A stretch of DNA of 61,183 nucleotides, the filler included, from Rhabdomonas costata (Eukaryota), in NCBI GenBank assembly GCA_019059605.1. It is 16 parts of 16 records of this genome, joined end to end, with 100 filler letters (N's around TTAATTAATTAA, not from the genome) between each part and the next. Parts side by side here need not be neighbours in the genome. Positions count along the whole stretch, not along the records: positions 11,499 to 15,229 come from JAHMHO010000571.1; positions 15,330 to 19,061 come from JAHMHO010000572.1; positions 19,162 to 23,005 come from JAHMHO010000573.1; positions 23,106 to 26,829 come from JAHMHO010000574.1; 12 more parts are not named here. The stretch is one strand, 5' to 3'. Made by a program: the position numbers and the translations under genes. Position 1 is the first letter of the stretch. The number at the start of each line of letters is the position of its first letter. Below the pieces are notes generated by a model, which had not been told where the DNA came from, did not search any database, and worked only from the letters and a program-made list of their open reading frames with translations. Of the stretch, positions 12,973-26,735 are shown piece after piece.

Positions 12973-15229
12973 GTTTCCGACGTTTTGTTCGCGATGCTCG
13001 ACGAGTCGGTCGTAGAGCAGTACTTAGTCTTGCTGTCGGATATATTCCTTCCCTGCTTTCGGAAGCAACGTAACTGGGGTGTGTCGCTGTTTGGTGTGGA
13101 CAAGTGTGCTTTGGCCTTTTCTGAGCTTCTAACGTCATTTTCTCTTGTCCTGCATTCTTCAGGGAAAGCGTTGCATTCCCAAGGAGAGGAATTTGTGGGC
13201 TTGGTAGCCAAATTTGCTGAAAACCTTGGAGAGCTGGTTCAGCAAAACCCACACATGATTGTCGTGCATCAGCCAGATGAAAAGCTCGTTGAAAGCCTTC
13301 CTGTGGGTGATGCCCAAGCCATACGGCGGCTGGGAAGCGATGTTGTTGCTCGGTTAGATGACATTGTGGAAAAATGGATTGGATCAGTTGACCAACTGCT
13401 CAAGTCTTTGCATGAAGCCCCAGTGGAGCCCCAAAACATTTCCGAAGAAACCGGGCCTTTAACCGAGCTGGACCAGGCAAAGGCCCAATTTCAGAGAGTA
13501 GACTCTGTTATACAACAGCTGTCTTCTCGCGGCTGCAAGGCTGTGACTGAAGTACTTTCGTCCACTCGTTCAAAGACAATCAAAAAATGGAAGCAGGTGG
13601 ACCCTCTGCTTCAGGAGGCTTTGACCGAAACCAAAGAAAACCTTAAATACCTGAGCACGCTGGAAAAGTACATGGATCCCCTGTACAACGGGACGCCGCT
13701 GCAGATCATGGAGATCTTGCCTGGACTTATGAACTGCATAAAGATGATCTTCATCATTGCGAAGTATTACTCGACTCCCGAAAGAATGACTGGGCTCTTC
13801 ATCAAGATAACGAACCAGCTGATCTGTAATTGCAAAGCCACATTGAAAGGACCCGGTTTGGGGAAGTTGTGGGACCAGAGTGGACCCAAGGAACTTCCGA
13901 CCTTGCTTCACAATCTGCGATCGTGCATCAAGCTGAACAACGTTTATCAGGAAGAGTACTTGAAGTGCAAAGAAAAGCTTGGGCAGCAGCAGTCAGGGAG
14001 GCAGTTCGATTTCAACGGCCTGCACATTTTCGGAAAGTTTGAGCTTTTCTGTAAGCGCATTCAGAAGCTGATTGACGTTTTCCTCACCATTCAGCAGTTC
14101 ACGACTTTGCAGAGCCACAATATCGACGGGATGGAGACCCTAATTCAGCAGTTTTTCGAACACGTTGAGGAACTTAAACGAAGGAGCTCAGACCTTCTGG
14201 ATTACACCAAACCTGCCTTTGACAAAGAGTACATCGAGTTCAACAAAAAGATCCAGGAGCTGGAGTCCTCACTTCAAGTCTTCATCAACTCCAGCTTCGA
14301 GAACATCACTAGCACAGAGAATGCCCTTTCTCTTTTGCGGAAGTTTCAGTCTATTCTGCAGCGGGAAAATCTCAAGTCTGACTTGGACAGCAAATACATG
14401 GTCATTTTTCACAACTACGGACTGGATCTGGAAAATGTGCAGAAAACCTACGAGAGGCAAAAGACCCATCCCCCGATGCTCCGCAACGCGCCACCGATTG
14501 CCGGAAGGATAACATGGGCTCGTCAGCTTTTGCGCCGTATCGAGGAGCCGATGAAGCAGTTTCTGCAAAACAAGGTTATCATGACCAATCAGAAAGAATC
14601 CAAGAAGATCATCAAAACTTACAACAGGGTTGCGAGTGCCTTTGTTGAGTATGAGCAACTTTGGCTCAATGCCTGGTCGAAATCTGTCATGAATACCCGG
14701 GAGGGTCTCAAAGCAACCTTGATTGTTCGTCAAGGCGAAAAGTTGTTTGTGAATTTTGACCCAGAGATTTTGCTGCTGATTTGTGAAGCGAAATGGATGC
14801 AGAGAATGGGTATTGATATTCCTCCTGCCGCCGCCTCCGTTTTGATGCAGGAAGCCAAATTCAAGCGTTTCAATGCGGAACTCACGTACACGCTGAAAGA
14901 ATACGAACGCGTGTTTTCCAAAATGGTCCCCATCACGAAAGGGCTGATGCAGCAGAGTGTCGATGAGCTTGACAGCCTTATTCGTCCCGGTGAGACTGTT
15001 TTGACGTGGACGTCGATGAACATCGATGGTTATCTCGCAAAGGTACACAAGGGTTTGCAGAAACTGGACGATCTGGTGACGCGCGTGAACAGCATCGTGG
15101 AAAATCGAATTCAACATAATTTGAAGCTGATCAGCCGAACCTTGCTGGTGAATCTTCCTGATAATCAAGCATTTTCGCTCGAGCAGTTTGTGTCCCTTCA
15201 GGAAAAGCTCATAAAGCAGCAAACCACAA
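12973..15229 (+). CDS. DNAH5: Axonemal outer-arm dynein heavy chain, DNAH5/DNAH8/Chlamydomonas gamma type; N-terminal tail (DHC_N1) exon, partial
   Basis: Uninterrupted ORF from a ttcttccag| acceptor. Motifs ETGPLTEL, KYLSTLEKYMDPLY, YYSTPERMTGLFIKITNQLI, PPIAGRITWARQLLRRIEEPM and LTWTSMNIDGY are typical of DNAH5-type DHC_N1. Runs off the contig end. Confidence 0.9.
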
Positions 15230-15329
15230 NNNNNNNNNNNNNNNNNNNNNNNNNNNNNNNNNNNNNNNNNNNNTTAATTAATTAANNNNNNNNNNNNNNN
15301 NNNNNNNNNNNNNNNNNNNNNNNNNNNNN

Positions 15330-17400
15330 GTGGTGGGGTGGGAACAGGAGCGTAGCAAGTGTGACAATCAAGTGTTGAGAAGGAACAGGAGCAAAGCGAT
15401 TATGACGACAGAGTGATAGAGTAGTGGAGGAACATGAGGAAATTGCGCAGAGAGAACGATTGCGATGACTGAATTGCCTATGTTCCTGCGGAGCCTTGAA
15501 GTGGGATACTTTCATCACCATGACTCAAGTACAGGTAACAAACACGTGTCACCTTGCAGCAGATGTTGGTCTAACGTCACCACCACGCATCCTGCAATCG
15601 TACATTGATGGCGTTGGTTCATGCTGTTTTGGAGTGCCAACATGCAGTACTTTGCTCATCTTGTAAGATTATGGTAGTATTCACCCGCTCAAGGTGCATG
15701 CAGGGCTCCGCTGAACCATACCACCATCCACTGCAATGTGGCCTGGGATGCCTATGGATGTTGACATCGAGGCATAGTGTTGACGCTACACCGTGACATC
15801 ACGTAGTGTGAAAGGAGTGACGCTGAAGTAAAGTATCTTGCATGTTGGTATCGGCGACCTCCACTTAGGCACATCGACCCCAGAGGCATTCCACCACCAC
15901 GTGACACCATAGCATAGAGTACACGCATGAAGAAGGTGAAGTTGTTCAGATGACGAGGCTAATGAACACACAGCAGTACTGACACCGCTGATTCACGGAT
16001 GCCAAGCTGTGCACTCCACTTCGACACCCACATCACGACATAGACATCCACACATCCACGTTCTACAACTAGGGTAAGACACATCTGGGTTGGAAGCGTG
16101 GAGGAGTGGATTCCCTACGCCAAGATGCCAACACCACCACCTAGGAAGAGAGTGAGGACGTGATGATATACCAAGATGCTTATGAGGTGATGTTGGGAGT
16201 AGCAGTACAGCGCAAGGACTAACACACGGGTTAATGTGATGCCATTAACAGCACCACGACCTCCAACGCTACCACCACCAATATCAAGGTGTAGCATGAC
16301 GCGTAAAACACTACTTATAGGGTAAAACACCCTGAGTTAATGACATACAAGCCATGTGTCCTCCATAGATGCCCATGGATATGGTTAAGAATGTTTGATA
16401 TGTGTAATGTCCGGTAGCTGATGGTGTCACAAGATGTTCTGTCAGTAAGTCCGAGCATTCAGGAACCTTTCAACCATTACGACCATACACATATCCACCG
16501 CGTGATGGTCTACTAACTGGGTAAATATGCCTCAACGTTGGACCACAGCACGATGACCACATGTTCGTACCCACACCAAACACTACAGGACCTTCTACAA
16601 AATGTGTACGACCTGCGAAGTCAACTTTGAAAGGCAGATAGCTTAAATGCAGACACCGCGGTCGTAGGCACAAAGAGCTGACAGCACCCTAGCTAATGTT
16701 GGAATGACCCACCTTCTCCACCTGGTTCCAACAACAAACCTGTTCGCCATCCACGAACGCACTCCATCACAACCAGCTGTCTCGAACTGGTATGAAAATT
16801 TACTATGACGTTGAGTGGACGCCATGACACCAAAGCTGAAACAATGTTACCGGAAAACATTCCAAACCAAGAGAGCTTTGCCACCACATCAATCGCCGTG
16901 GCTTTCACCCTACTCTACTGGATCAGTGTGTGTCTTAGTTTTGGTGTACGCTCCACTATCACGTCGCAATAAGGACAACAAGAAGTACTAGCAAACAACC
17001 AGCACCGACGTGACAGCAGAAATTGCGGATAGGAGCTGAGATGTTACAAGCTGGACGACATAATCGCCTTAACAGGTGACTCGCCTCTCAGTTTACCAAC
17101 CAGGGCATCGATGGTCACATGGATCGGATACTTTACCGCCACAGACGCTCCTGTGCACTTACATCACCGCGTCCCCACCACATGCCCACATTTCCTCCAG
17201 CTCAAGCAATGTCAAGATCACGGAGTCTACGCACAACCATAGCATATCACTCCCATTCCAAACCACTTCCAATGTGTTCATGCCTCAGCTACTGACAGAT
17301 AGTGCCACCCATGCCTCCCACATGGCCGTCCAGTTCCACCTACACGCAACATTCTATGGACACACCCACATCTATTTCGACCAAATAACAACGTAAAGTC
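15330..17400 (+). mobile_element. Possible highly decayed non-LTR retroelement remnant
   Basis: Weak motif echoes only (YHHPLQCGLGCL ~15720-15755; MKIYYD ~16793; LANN ~16990). No long ORF. Confidence 0.25.
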
Positions 17401-19169
17401 ACCACCCTTGCCTGAAGAGCCAGAACCAAAAGCCCTACGCATTTACCGCTATCTAACCATTAGCCCCACTACGAACACGTGCATTGACACGAGAACCAAA
17501 CCAAGATACGCGAACCCGAACCCAAACACAAACCAGGAAGCACAAGAAGAACCAAAACCGAAACACTGTCTACAAAACACGGCTATCATCACTGGAATAG
17601 GCGTTCCATCCACTAACCAAGGGCATTACCGTCACACTACCTGCGCCCGCAGAACCAAAAGATAAATGCCGAACCCCAAAAGCAAAGACCGAACCATGAT
17701 ACCCAACCTCCAGAACCCGGAAACCAAATCATAAATGCAAACCCCGAAACACAAATACCACACAAAACATTACTTTGTGGTTGAAATTGACACAAAGCCA
17801 TGTCAAGCGTAACAGGACATGTCGTAGTAGTGTGTAGGATCGTGCTACCTCGGTATGCTTGTTGTTCATTGGCCTGCCGTAGTAAGAGGTTATGACCTGG
17901 TGGCCGCTGCCCAGAGTCATTCTTTTTCACATGGTAGGGTAGTAGAATACGCATCTAAAACCTCTCCCTTTTTCCATCCAGTCATCTAGCAGTAGTAAAT
18001 GGCGCAGGACATGAGGGTATGCGTACGGTAGAGTGTTGGAATAATGCGTAATGTGAATGGGTGTGTTGGCATCGGCGGCCTCCGTTTCGCGTCTCCCACA
18101 CCACCTTTGGCCTCAGATGTGATCCGAGAGAATATGTCCCGCAGAGAGGTTGTCAAAATGCACACAATCACCCAAGTCAACGTCAACGTCAACGTCACAC
18201 CCACCGTTCCACTCCACTACTCCACGGCACTACCCCTCACACCAGCAACACCAACAGTATCCTCCACAGCATCCACACAAACAACGACACCAACAGCATG
18301 TTTCACCTCCACAACCACCATCAACATCCATCGCAACACTCCACTACAACCACTCTCCGACTCCAACACAACCATCGCACCACTTACCATCCATTCCACT
18401 CCAACACAACCACTGACTCCTACACCAACAGCAACCACAACATCTACTACGCGTAACCACAACAACAACAACACTACACACACAGCTACAGACAATAGTA
18501 ATAGTCACAGTCACAGCCACAGACACATTGACACCAAACAAACAACTTACACACAACTGTGTAACTGTGATGCCAAGCGGTCCGTTTGATACCACCCCAC
18601 CACACAAATTAGCCATGGGACACACAACAGAACCAATGGTTGAGAACACTGTAAGCAACGATCCATTTAGCCACACCGTAAAGCTCAACACGGACAGCAG
18701 ATCAAGGAATGTGATGCCCAACCTGTAAACTGACACCACTCGTAACCGCCACCTGCGTACTCACCATGACAGATTCAGCCACCATGATGGAGTCGATGCT
18801 GTGTACCACAAACGGCCACAACACCAACAGGTCCACTAGCACCCACTCACTGCATAGGCTGACAGCAGAAGCACTCAAATCATGGCCAGGGGTCCAAATT
18901 ACTCGTAACTCCACCACCAGAGCCCACATAAGCAGCAACTCAACCATGGTAGTGAGCACACACCATGAACCACCATCGGTCACAATGTACATCTTTACTT
19001 CACAGACTACTGCCCAATACACTAATACCTACTACACACACTCTACCATAAATAACACACANNNNNNNNNNNNNNNNNNNNNNNNNNNNNNNNNNNNNNN
19101 NNNNNTTAATTAATTAANNNNNNNNNNNNNNNNNNNNNNNNNNNNNNNNNNNNNNNNNNNNGTGGGGGG

Positions 19170-22100
19170 GTGGTTGCTGACTGAAAGAAGCACATCAAGG
19201 TCCAGTGGTGGGTCACTCCATAAGCCGTCACTCCGGACAACCTTCATTCCTTGGACCGTAAGCGGAGGATGCGCAAAACGACTGGTTTTCAACTCTTAGT
19301 TCAGCCGAACAAGAAGGCGAGGGAAATGGGGAAAGGGTTCGGAGTACGGTTGAGGAGGGAGGAAAGGCGAGCTCGAAGAGTGAGAGGCATGGTGGAACCA
19401 CGAGTGTGAAAAGGAGAATCCCCTACCCCATTGAACCCAACCCAGACAACCACTCCAGAGTGGCCTGGAGACCTGGTCTGCGAAAGGCAGCACTGTGCCT
19501 TGGATCTCATTGTAATCATTGGAGCGATAATGCCGGAACCGCTCGGGAGGCAGGTTGAAGTCAACCTGAGGGGAATGCAATTACACTGTGTTATCCGCAA
19601 CGGAAGCTTCGCAGTGGTGGGTGGGAAGGTGCATTTAGGCTAATCCGTGTATAAACCGATGTGACACATTCTGACAGCTGGTGTCATATTCAAGTTACTC
19701 TCATAACAAAAACGCTGAGAAGGATGCCCTAACTCTATCAAATACTTATGTCAACCTGTTCCCCGTCATTCATCGGCATCATCCTGTTGTCATACTTTCT
19801 AATCTGGTGGTTGCTTCCACAAAAAATGCGAGCGCAAGTGCAAAACAAGTAGGCAAAGGGTACTTCGTCGGCAAAACAAAACCTGCAAATTGGAACAACT
19901 TTAAAGAAGAGCATGCGCAATCGGTTTCTGTCCCCAGTCCACACACGCCCACGGGCACACAGACACACACTCTTTTCCCACATTTTTTTTTGTTTTGAGC
20001 ACTCTTGTATGAATACTCTTCCCTCTTCCTTTGCACCCGTGCCTCTTAAGGACAGACAATCGAACAGGGTATCTCTGTGCTGCAGAAGAGGCTCTGTGAG
20101 AGACTGTCGTTCACGATATGCACCAATACAGGGCATGCCTCAGTTGCGGTGGTGTACGGGTCTATATTCGCAATGTGCTCCCGCAGTCCACGGGGGAGAT
20201 CTGGGTTGATGTTTTGAGCAAGAAGTTCATAAAAGGTACCGTACTCGACCACCATGAAGAAGTCGGCACTGTTTGAAAGCTGTCGGCAAAAAAGAAGAAG
20301 AAGCGCAGAAGGCCGCGCGAACATAAAAACGCTTCAATATTTATCTGAGAAAGACAGAGCAAAACCCGGGAAAAAACCGCACTCAATTCGCAATTACCGT
20401 AATAAACAGCGAATCCCAGGTCCTTGCTGACTGATTACTCATAAAAATTCAGAAAATAGAATTCAGTGCTTTTGTTAAACATTTTTTGCCCCAACATTGT
20501 GAGAGGACGAAGCCGAAGCAGGCCCGGGGTATTTTGAATATACAGTGAACCTCCCAAAAGCGGCAGTACCCACCCTGGCCCCTTAAAGAACTCATATTCT
20601 ATGAAATATTTGTTGTCCTACCAATGATTATTCATCAAAATAGCATGTTTTTTTTGTTTCCGCAACGGGTGTTCAGTGACGGCAAAGCAACCGAAAGAAC
20701 ATCAGAATATCGTCTAACAACACCAAAAAAAGCATACCAATGGAGCATAGTAAAGACGTAAACCCAAAAGTTACAAGCACTCAACCTTTCCTCGAGGGGT
20801 TCGAACAATCTCCTCAATGGTCAGGACCATGTTGACCGCCAAAAGTTGACGACCAGGCCTGAGCAAGAAGACAAAGTGTGGGGATGTTCGTGTGTGTGGA
20901 GGGAGGGTGAAAACCAGAGTGATGAAGCCATGCTGGCAAGTCAACGTGGGACCCGAGGAATGCGCAAGGAGAGTCATGACAGCAAGCAGACAGGCATGAA
21001 GGAGCAAGACAGGAGGCATAGAAAATCCAAGATCTCGCCTTGGCAACTTCGTGCATGAATAACGAAATGCCAAAGTTGCAGCACNNNNNNNNNNNNNNNN
21101 NNNNNNNNNNNNNNNNNNNNNNNNNNNNNNNNNNNNNNNNNNNNNNNNNNNNNNNNNNNNNNNNNNNNNNNNNNNNNNNNNNNNNNNNNNNNNNNNNNNN
21201 NNNNNNNNNNNNNNNNNNNNNNNNNNNNNNNNNNNNNNNNNNNNNNNNNNNNNNNNNNNNNNNNNNNNNNNNNNNNNNNNNNNNNNNNNNNNNNNNNNNN
21301 NNNNNNNNNNNNNNNNNNNNNNNNNNNNNNNNNNNNNNNNNNNNNNNNNNNNNNNNNNNNNNNNNNNNNNNNNNNNNNNNNNNNNNNNNNNNNNNNNNNN
21401 NNNNNNNNNNNNNNNNNNNNNNNNNNNNNNNNNNNNNNNNNNNNNNNNNNNNNNNNNNNNNNNNNNNNNNNNNNNNNNNNNNNNNNNNNNNNNNNNNNNN
21501 NNNNNNNNNNNNNNNNNNNNNNNNNNNNNNNNNNNNNNNNNNNNNNNNNNNNNNNNNNNNNNAAAACGACAATACTTTCTTGAACCAACCACAGCACAAA
21601 GCATAGTTTTCACCATACCACATACCACCATACCCAGCAAGCCACGAATGGATGACACCTTCGGGGAAGGAAGGCGAACGTATTTTTGTTCGAAAAGAAA
21701 ACCCAGAATAGTGTGCACCTCTACTTTCCATACCAAAACGGCTGCGCTCTTAATCAGTGCTGAAATCCATTCCGAAGTCCGGGGAAAAATGGGGGACGGG
21801 AGGAACGCGGTCAGAAGAAGCTGAGTTTCGTTCCGAGGGACAGATGAACGGCAGGCAGATGGGGGATGAAAATGGTCAGTGTATTTGCACATAATAATAC
21901 AAAGGGATAACAAAGGATCTGGCACGTTTTGTTGCAGCTCAGGACACTGAGTGGTGTTTGGTGTGTGTGTGTGTGTGTGTGTGTGTGGCAGCCATACAAG
22001 GAAAAGGAGACAGCAAGAAAAGTAAGGGCGTGGAGGAGAGAATGCGAGAATATACCTCTATGCTCACAGCGATTACATCCGAGGGACTGAGCATCAGCTG

Positions 22101-22815
22101 CCGGGCAAGAATCTTTGATATTACCACCTGAAAGTAGTTCATTGAGCAGACATGGCATGAGCAAAATGTCCAGGGGCAGGCGGAGGGTCTTGGCCTGTTG
22201 TCTGGAGAGCCGGCACCCCACGTCTGACAACAGTGCTATAGGACCCTCCGTGCGAGCACCCAGGCTGTGCGAGTTAGGTTAGGGGCAGCTTTTCCTTTCA
22301 TCATCACTCTGCATCACGTGTGCGTATGCGTGTGCGTGTTTCCTTTCCGTCTTTTCATCGCTAGACATACTCAAAAGGCAAACAGACACACAAAGAAGAA
22401 AGTACAGGTTGCAACTAGGTTCTGAACACAAACTTCTGAATGAAAAGTTAACAACAATCAGCGCCAATGAATGTCCAGCTTCAAAGGTTCTCCACATAGA
22501 ACCGCCGCACAGAAAAAGAAAAAATGGAGGCGGCAGCAGCGGTCTGAATGATTGCTATTGCTATTGCTATGACAGTTCCAGACGCTGAGAAAAAGAGAGA
22601 AAACAACGCTTCGTAATCAGCAGCATCCAAGCCCCGACCCACAGTCCCGAAAAAATTCTGAAGCCACACCTTTCCCTTTGGAATGGGGCCTATCCCCCAC
22701 CCCCTGCCGTAGCCCATCCGTTCCTCCCTTTCCGTGTCGACCGCCATGAGGTTCGCCACGCTGAAGCCGGGGCAGTAGTGTCGGAGGCACAGACTGGGAT
22801 GGATGTAGCGGCCTA
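19170..22815 (-). CDS. Multi-exon gene fragment, unknown product
   Basis: AG/GT-bounded segments join in frame as RPGRQLLAVNMVLTIEEIVRTPRGK|LSNSADFFMVVEYGTFYELLAQNINPDLPRGLREHIANIDPYTT..|VDFNLPPERFRHYRSNDYNEIQGTVLPFADQ. The region spans a scaffold gap. Confidence 0.45.
20503..20545 (-). repeat. 43-bp dispersed repeat, copy 1
   Basis: Reverse complement ctgtatattcaaaataccccgggcctgcttcggcttcgtcctc aligns without gaps to 36831-36873 and 44901-44943. Confidence 0.8.
21085..21562. other. Scaffold gap (478 N), not a linker
   Basis: Pure N run without the TTAATTAATTAA core. Confidence 0.95.
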
Positions 22816-25800
22816 GCAAGGGAATCCAGCCGTGGTGGAATGAGAAGAGATTGTGCCGGGGCGGATCTTCCTGAACCTCGCGGGTTCACGCAATGCAAGA
22901 CAACAAAAACTTCCCCCCCCCCATAGCTAAACGATGCCCTCAAAAAATCACGAAAAAAAGGAAGAGCTTCACTTCCATCCCACAACACCCAAACACACCC
23001 ACCACNNNNNNNNNNNNNNNNNNNNNNNNNNNNNNNNNNNNNNNNNNNNTTAATTAATTAANNNNNNNNNNNNNNNNNNNNNNNNNNNNNNNNNNNNNNN
23101 NNNNNGTTGGTTTGGAAAAGGAAACAGAAAACCGTGAGGGGCACGACATACTCGCATGCAGGACCTGAGGGAACAGGGAACCCGGGATACAGGGAAAGCA
23201 GGCAAATAGACGACAAATGTCTCCACGGATGCCAATAAACCGGTATACTGGCCGAAGCTGATGTGAGTCGGGCTGCGGCTAAAGGGATGCTCACCGAAGA
23301 GCCAGACACACAGAAGTACAACTGGCGCCGACATGCGGATACCATGGCATTTCGCGGGGAAGAGAAAGAAACGCCGACGGGCAGTCTCTCGGAGGGTAAC
23401 AGGGGGAGAGGGTTTACTATGGCAACGTTCATCACGACTGGCGCTGACTTTCACTTTCCGTACTGAACAGGTAGCAAAACAACGCTCCCACTCAAGCTCA
23501 AGGCAACGGTGCGTGGGAGGGAGATGCACCCCATGCAATAGAACGCGAATGGGGTGTGACAGCAGAGGCACCAGCCCCACAGAAAGGGCGCGGTCCACCT
23601 GCCCAAGCGTCCCAAGGCAATGGTGGCCCAAAAATGGATGGGAGAGAACACAGGACGCCGGAAACATGGAGGGGGCACAAACCCGATGGGCTTGAGAGAG
23701 AAATCAGCACGCAGGGGCCCAACGTCGAAAGAAACAAACCGCGGGGTGTGTGAATGGGGGAAGAAAGGCAAACCCGCAGGGCGCAGGTTCCACCTCAAAC
23801 CCCCCGCGCACTTGCCCTGCGTCCTTCCAAATGACGAAGGGAAACAGAAAGCGAGAAAAACCTCACTCACGTGGCCACCAGCGGCTGGCCTCTCCTTTGT
23901 TTTATTCCTCCTTTTGTCTCACATACTCGAGAAGACGACATAGACCGGGCGCAACTGGGAGGAGGATAGGAAGACAGCAGACAAAAGACAAAAAGATGGG
24001 TTACACGAGAAATGAGAGGGGGGATCGAAGGGTTGCTGAGAAAAAAATTCCCGCTACCAGTGCCCACTCACTGACACTGTCCCGGTCACTGTCATTTCAG
24101 GATTCCCCGATGCCTTCGGTTCATTCAGTTCATCGGTTGCCCATTCTAAAAGGTGCGCGTTTTAAAGAAACGCATTAGAGGCAGATGTTATGCAGTCAAT
24201 GCGGCCTTTGAACACTTCATTATCGTTAGTTTGTGCACATTCACTTCACCGTGCAAAGCTGCACCAAGTTTTTTGCCCATGATGCTCATAATGGAAGAGT
24301 TTACAAACCCTTTTTTTTGTCTTTTTCAGACATGCCCACGTGGGATTCGGTAAATGGGCACAGTTTCCTATTGGGTCCCGTCGAGAAAGGAGACGAGGAT
24401 GCGCCTCATATGTACAGAGAAGACATTGCGCGGCCCCAGCACGCCCCGAGCGTTCGGTTCGTGCAAGGTGCCTCGCTGCGAGGAGAGAGAGAAAGGTGGA
24501 GAAAGGTGGAGAAGGAAACAACACGTCACAATGGCAAAACGAGACTCCGCTCAGCCTTCTCTTCGAGAGGCTGAGGCGAAAAGTGAATGCACATACACAC
24601 ACAACAAGGGTTTTGGGGAGAAGACTCCACTAGCACCGCGTACCCACTCGGGGGAAAACATGTGGTCCATGGACCACCTTTTTTTTGGGTTTTGAAGTTT
24701 TCTTTTTTTTTTTGCCTCCCGAGGTGAGTTTCACCTCTCTATTCATGTGAATTAGCCAAACACACCGGGGGGAGGGGGAGAGGGACTACAGAAACGGGCC
24801 TGGTGTCATTCCAGGATGGGAAGGGAGGAGTGGGTTCTCCCTCCCTCTTATTCTCGATCGAAAACCCCTTCTTCACTTTGTCGATGGATAGTCCGCACGC
24901 AACGGCACAAAGGATGCGGGCTCGCCACCCGCGAGTTATTCTGCACTCAAGGGGGAAAAATCAAACATGGGGGGCCGTAAACTAACTCGTCTTGACCATT
25001 CCACCCTCTTCTTAATCAAAACAGCTCAGCAGACCCTCCACGTCGAGAGAGAACTGCGGGAAGGTGTTCCGCCACTCCATTTTCACACTCAGGGGGCCCG
25101 CTTCTAAACGGAGCACACACACACACACAAAGCCATGTGACCGAATGTTCTTCCACTGGGGCGCCAATCAACGTTAATTCCACCTTTGCCACAAAGACCA
25201 ATGAGACAACTCATGGACATCATGGACAGCTACGGCAGCTTCCAACCCAAGCATTCTGGACCACTCAAGAGAATACAACACACTGATCGCAGGGATGAGA
25301 GGGCGATTCGTTGGTCCCGAGAGATTTAACAACCTCACTCCGCAGCCCAAGAAATAGACCCTGTTGCCCAACGGGTCCTGTCCCCATTTCCGGGCTGAGG
25401 AAGCGGAACGCAAGAACGGTGGAATTCATGCTGGAATGTAGGCCAGCCTTGTATAGTTTTTTCTTGCGTTCTGTTTAGGGTTTTTGTTCGACCTATTTCC
25501 GCCAATGAATCAAGTCAAGGGAATCAACGCACGTCCAGACATTGGCAAGGTCCAGGTTCAAACGAAGAAGGGAAACAAGCCACGTGCAAATGAGCCCTAT
25601 TTAAACGGGGTACGAGAGATGAGGAGAAATGGGAAGCAACACTGTAGTGGTGTGGGTGGTTTAATGTTCCAAAACCAACGTAAAAAAAACTCGCCCATTG
25701 CTTCTTGCTATGCTCAAACCCTTACTTTTCTTCTATTCCAACAATACTTTTTTTTAACGCTGTTTTCTCTTGGTAGGAGGGTAGGAGGGGGGTCAACGAC

Positions 25801-26735
25801 GCAGGTAAATGAGGTACCCCTCTTCTCTTTGGAAATGGGGAAGTCGGCAGGCTCGGGGTAGGCCTTCGGGCCATCGCTGGAGGATGCACTCAGGCCAGGG
25901 GAGGGAGGCGGAGTGTCCGAGGCGGAGCTCTCGCTGCCTGCACCGCCGCCGCTTTCCACGAAAGCCGCGCCGACGCAAGAGGCCTCTGGTGCATCTCCCA
26001 AGCCCGAAGAAATCGGCAAGGGGGTCCAGTCCTCAGGAGAGCGGTTCCCCCTTTCCTATAGAGAGAGTCGGGCGTGAACACCAAGGGTTGAGTGGGGGTT
26101 TGTCCGGGGAGAGGGAGTCCTCCCTCTCCTTCCCCGCCCAAATGGCCCCAAAAGGCCTCACGAGAAACACCAGAAGAGCAGCATAGCGGTGGGGTAGCGG
26201 TGAGGAACCGATGCAGCCAACTAAGAAGCGCACACCAAAGCGGGTCAACGACGGCGAAAAGAAAGAGCACCAGCGCGTTTGTTGAGGATGGGTGGTGGTG
26301 AGGTCACGAGCAAAGCGTCATGGATGCAAGCGAAGCCACCCCACATAGGCAGGCACAAACATTCGCAGGCGGGTTCATACCACATTGACAGCTGTGGCGA
26401 GGGCAGGCGGCACTTTCTGCTTCACTTTCAGGGTTCCACGAAGGTGCTTCAACCGTTGCGAAAGTGTCCTGGTGAAAAAAGCGCCACAGACCCACTCGCC
26501 CAATACCCGCAACGCTACTGCACCGCTTTGTTTTCACACTTGAAAGTGGAAATTGACGGTCAGCCCGGGATGGATGGACGGCAATACAAAACGCAGCACT
26601 GGGGAGGCAAGGGTTTATATTGTCCGCTTCGCTTCAAAATTCAACTGTCCAATAGATGAGAGCGTTTCGGAGTTGATGGAAACCCTTACCCTGTCCGCTC
26701 CGTCGCACTGAAGCTTCCCATGTTTGTTTTGTTGC

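Noticed and set aside
14269..15222. 317-aa antisense ORF
   Set aside because: Shadow of the dynein coding strand with no motifs of its own.
20120..20139. GC-AG intron donor (GAG|GCATGC) on the minus strand
   Set aside because: In-phase GT donors exist a few codons downstream, so a GC donor is not required.
20771..21925. Long ORFs in the ORF track
   Set aside because: They read through the 478-N gap.
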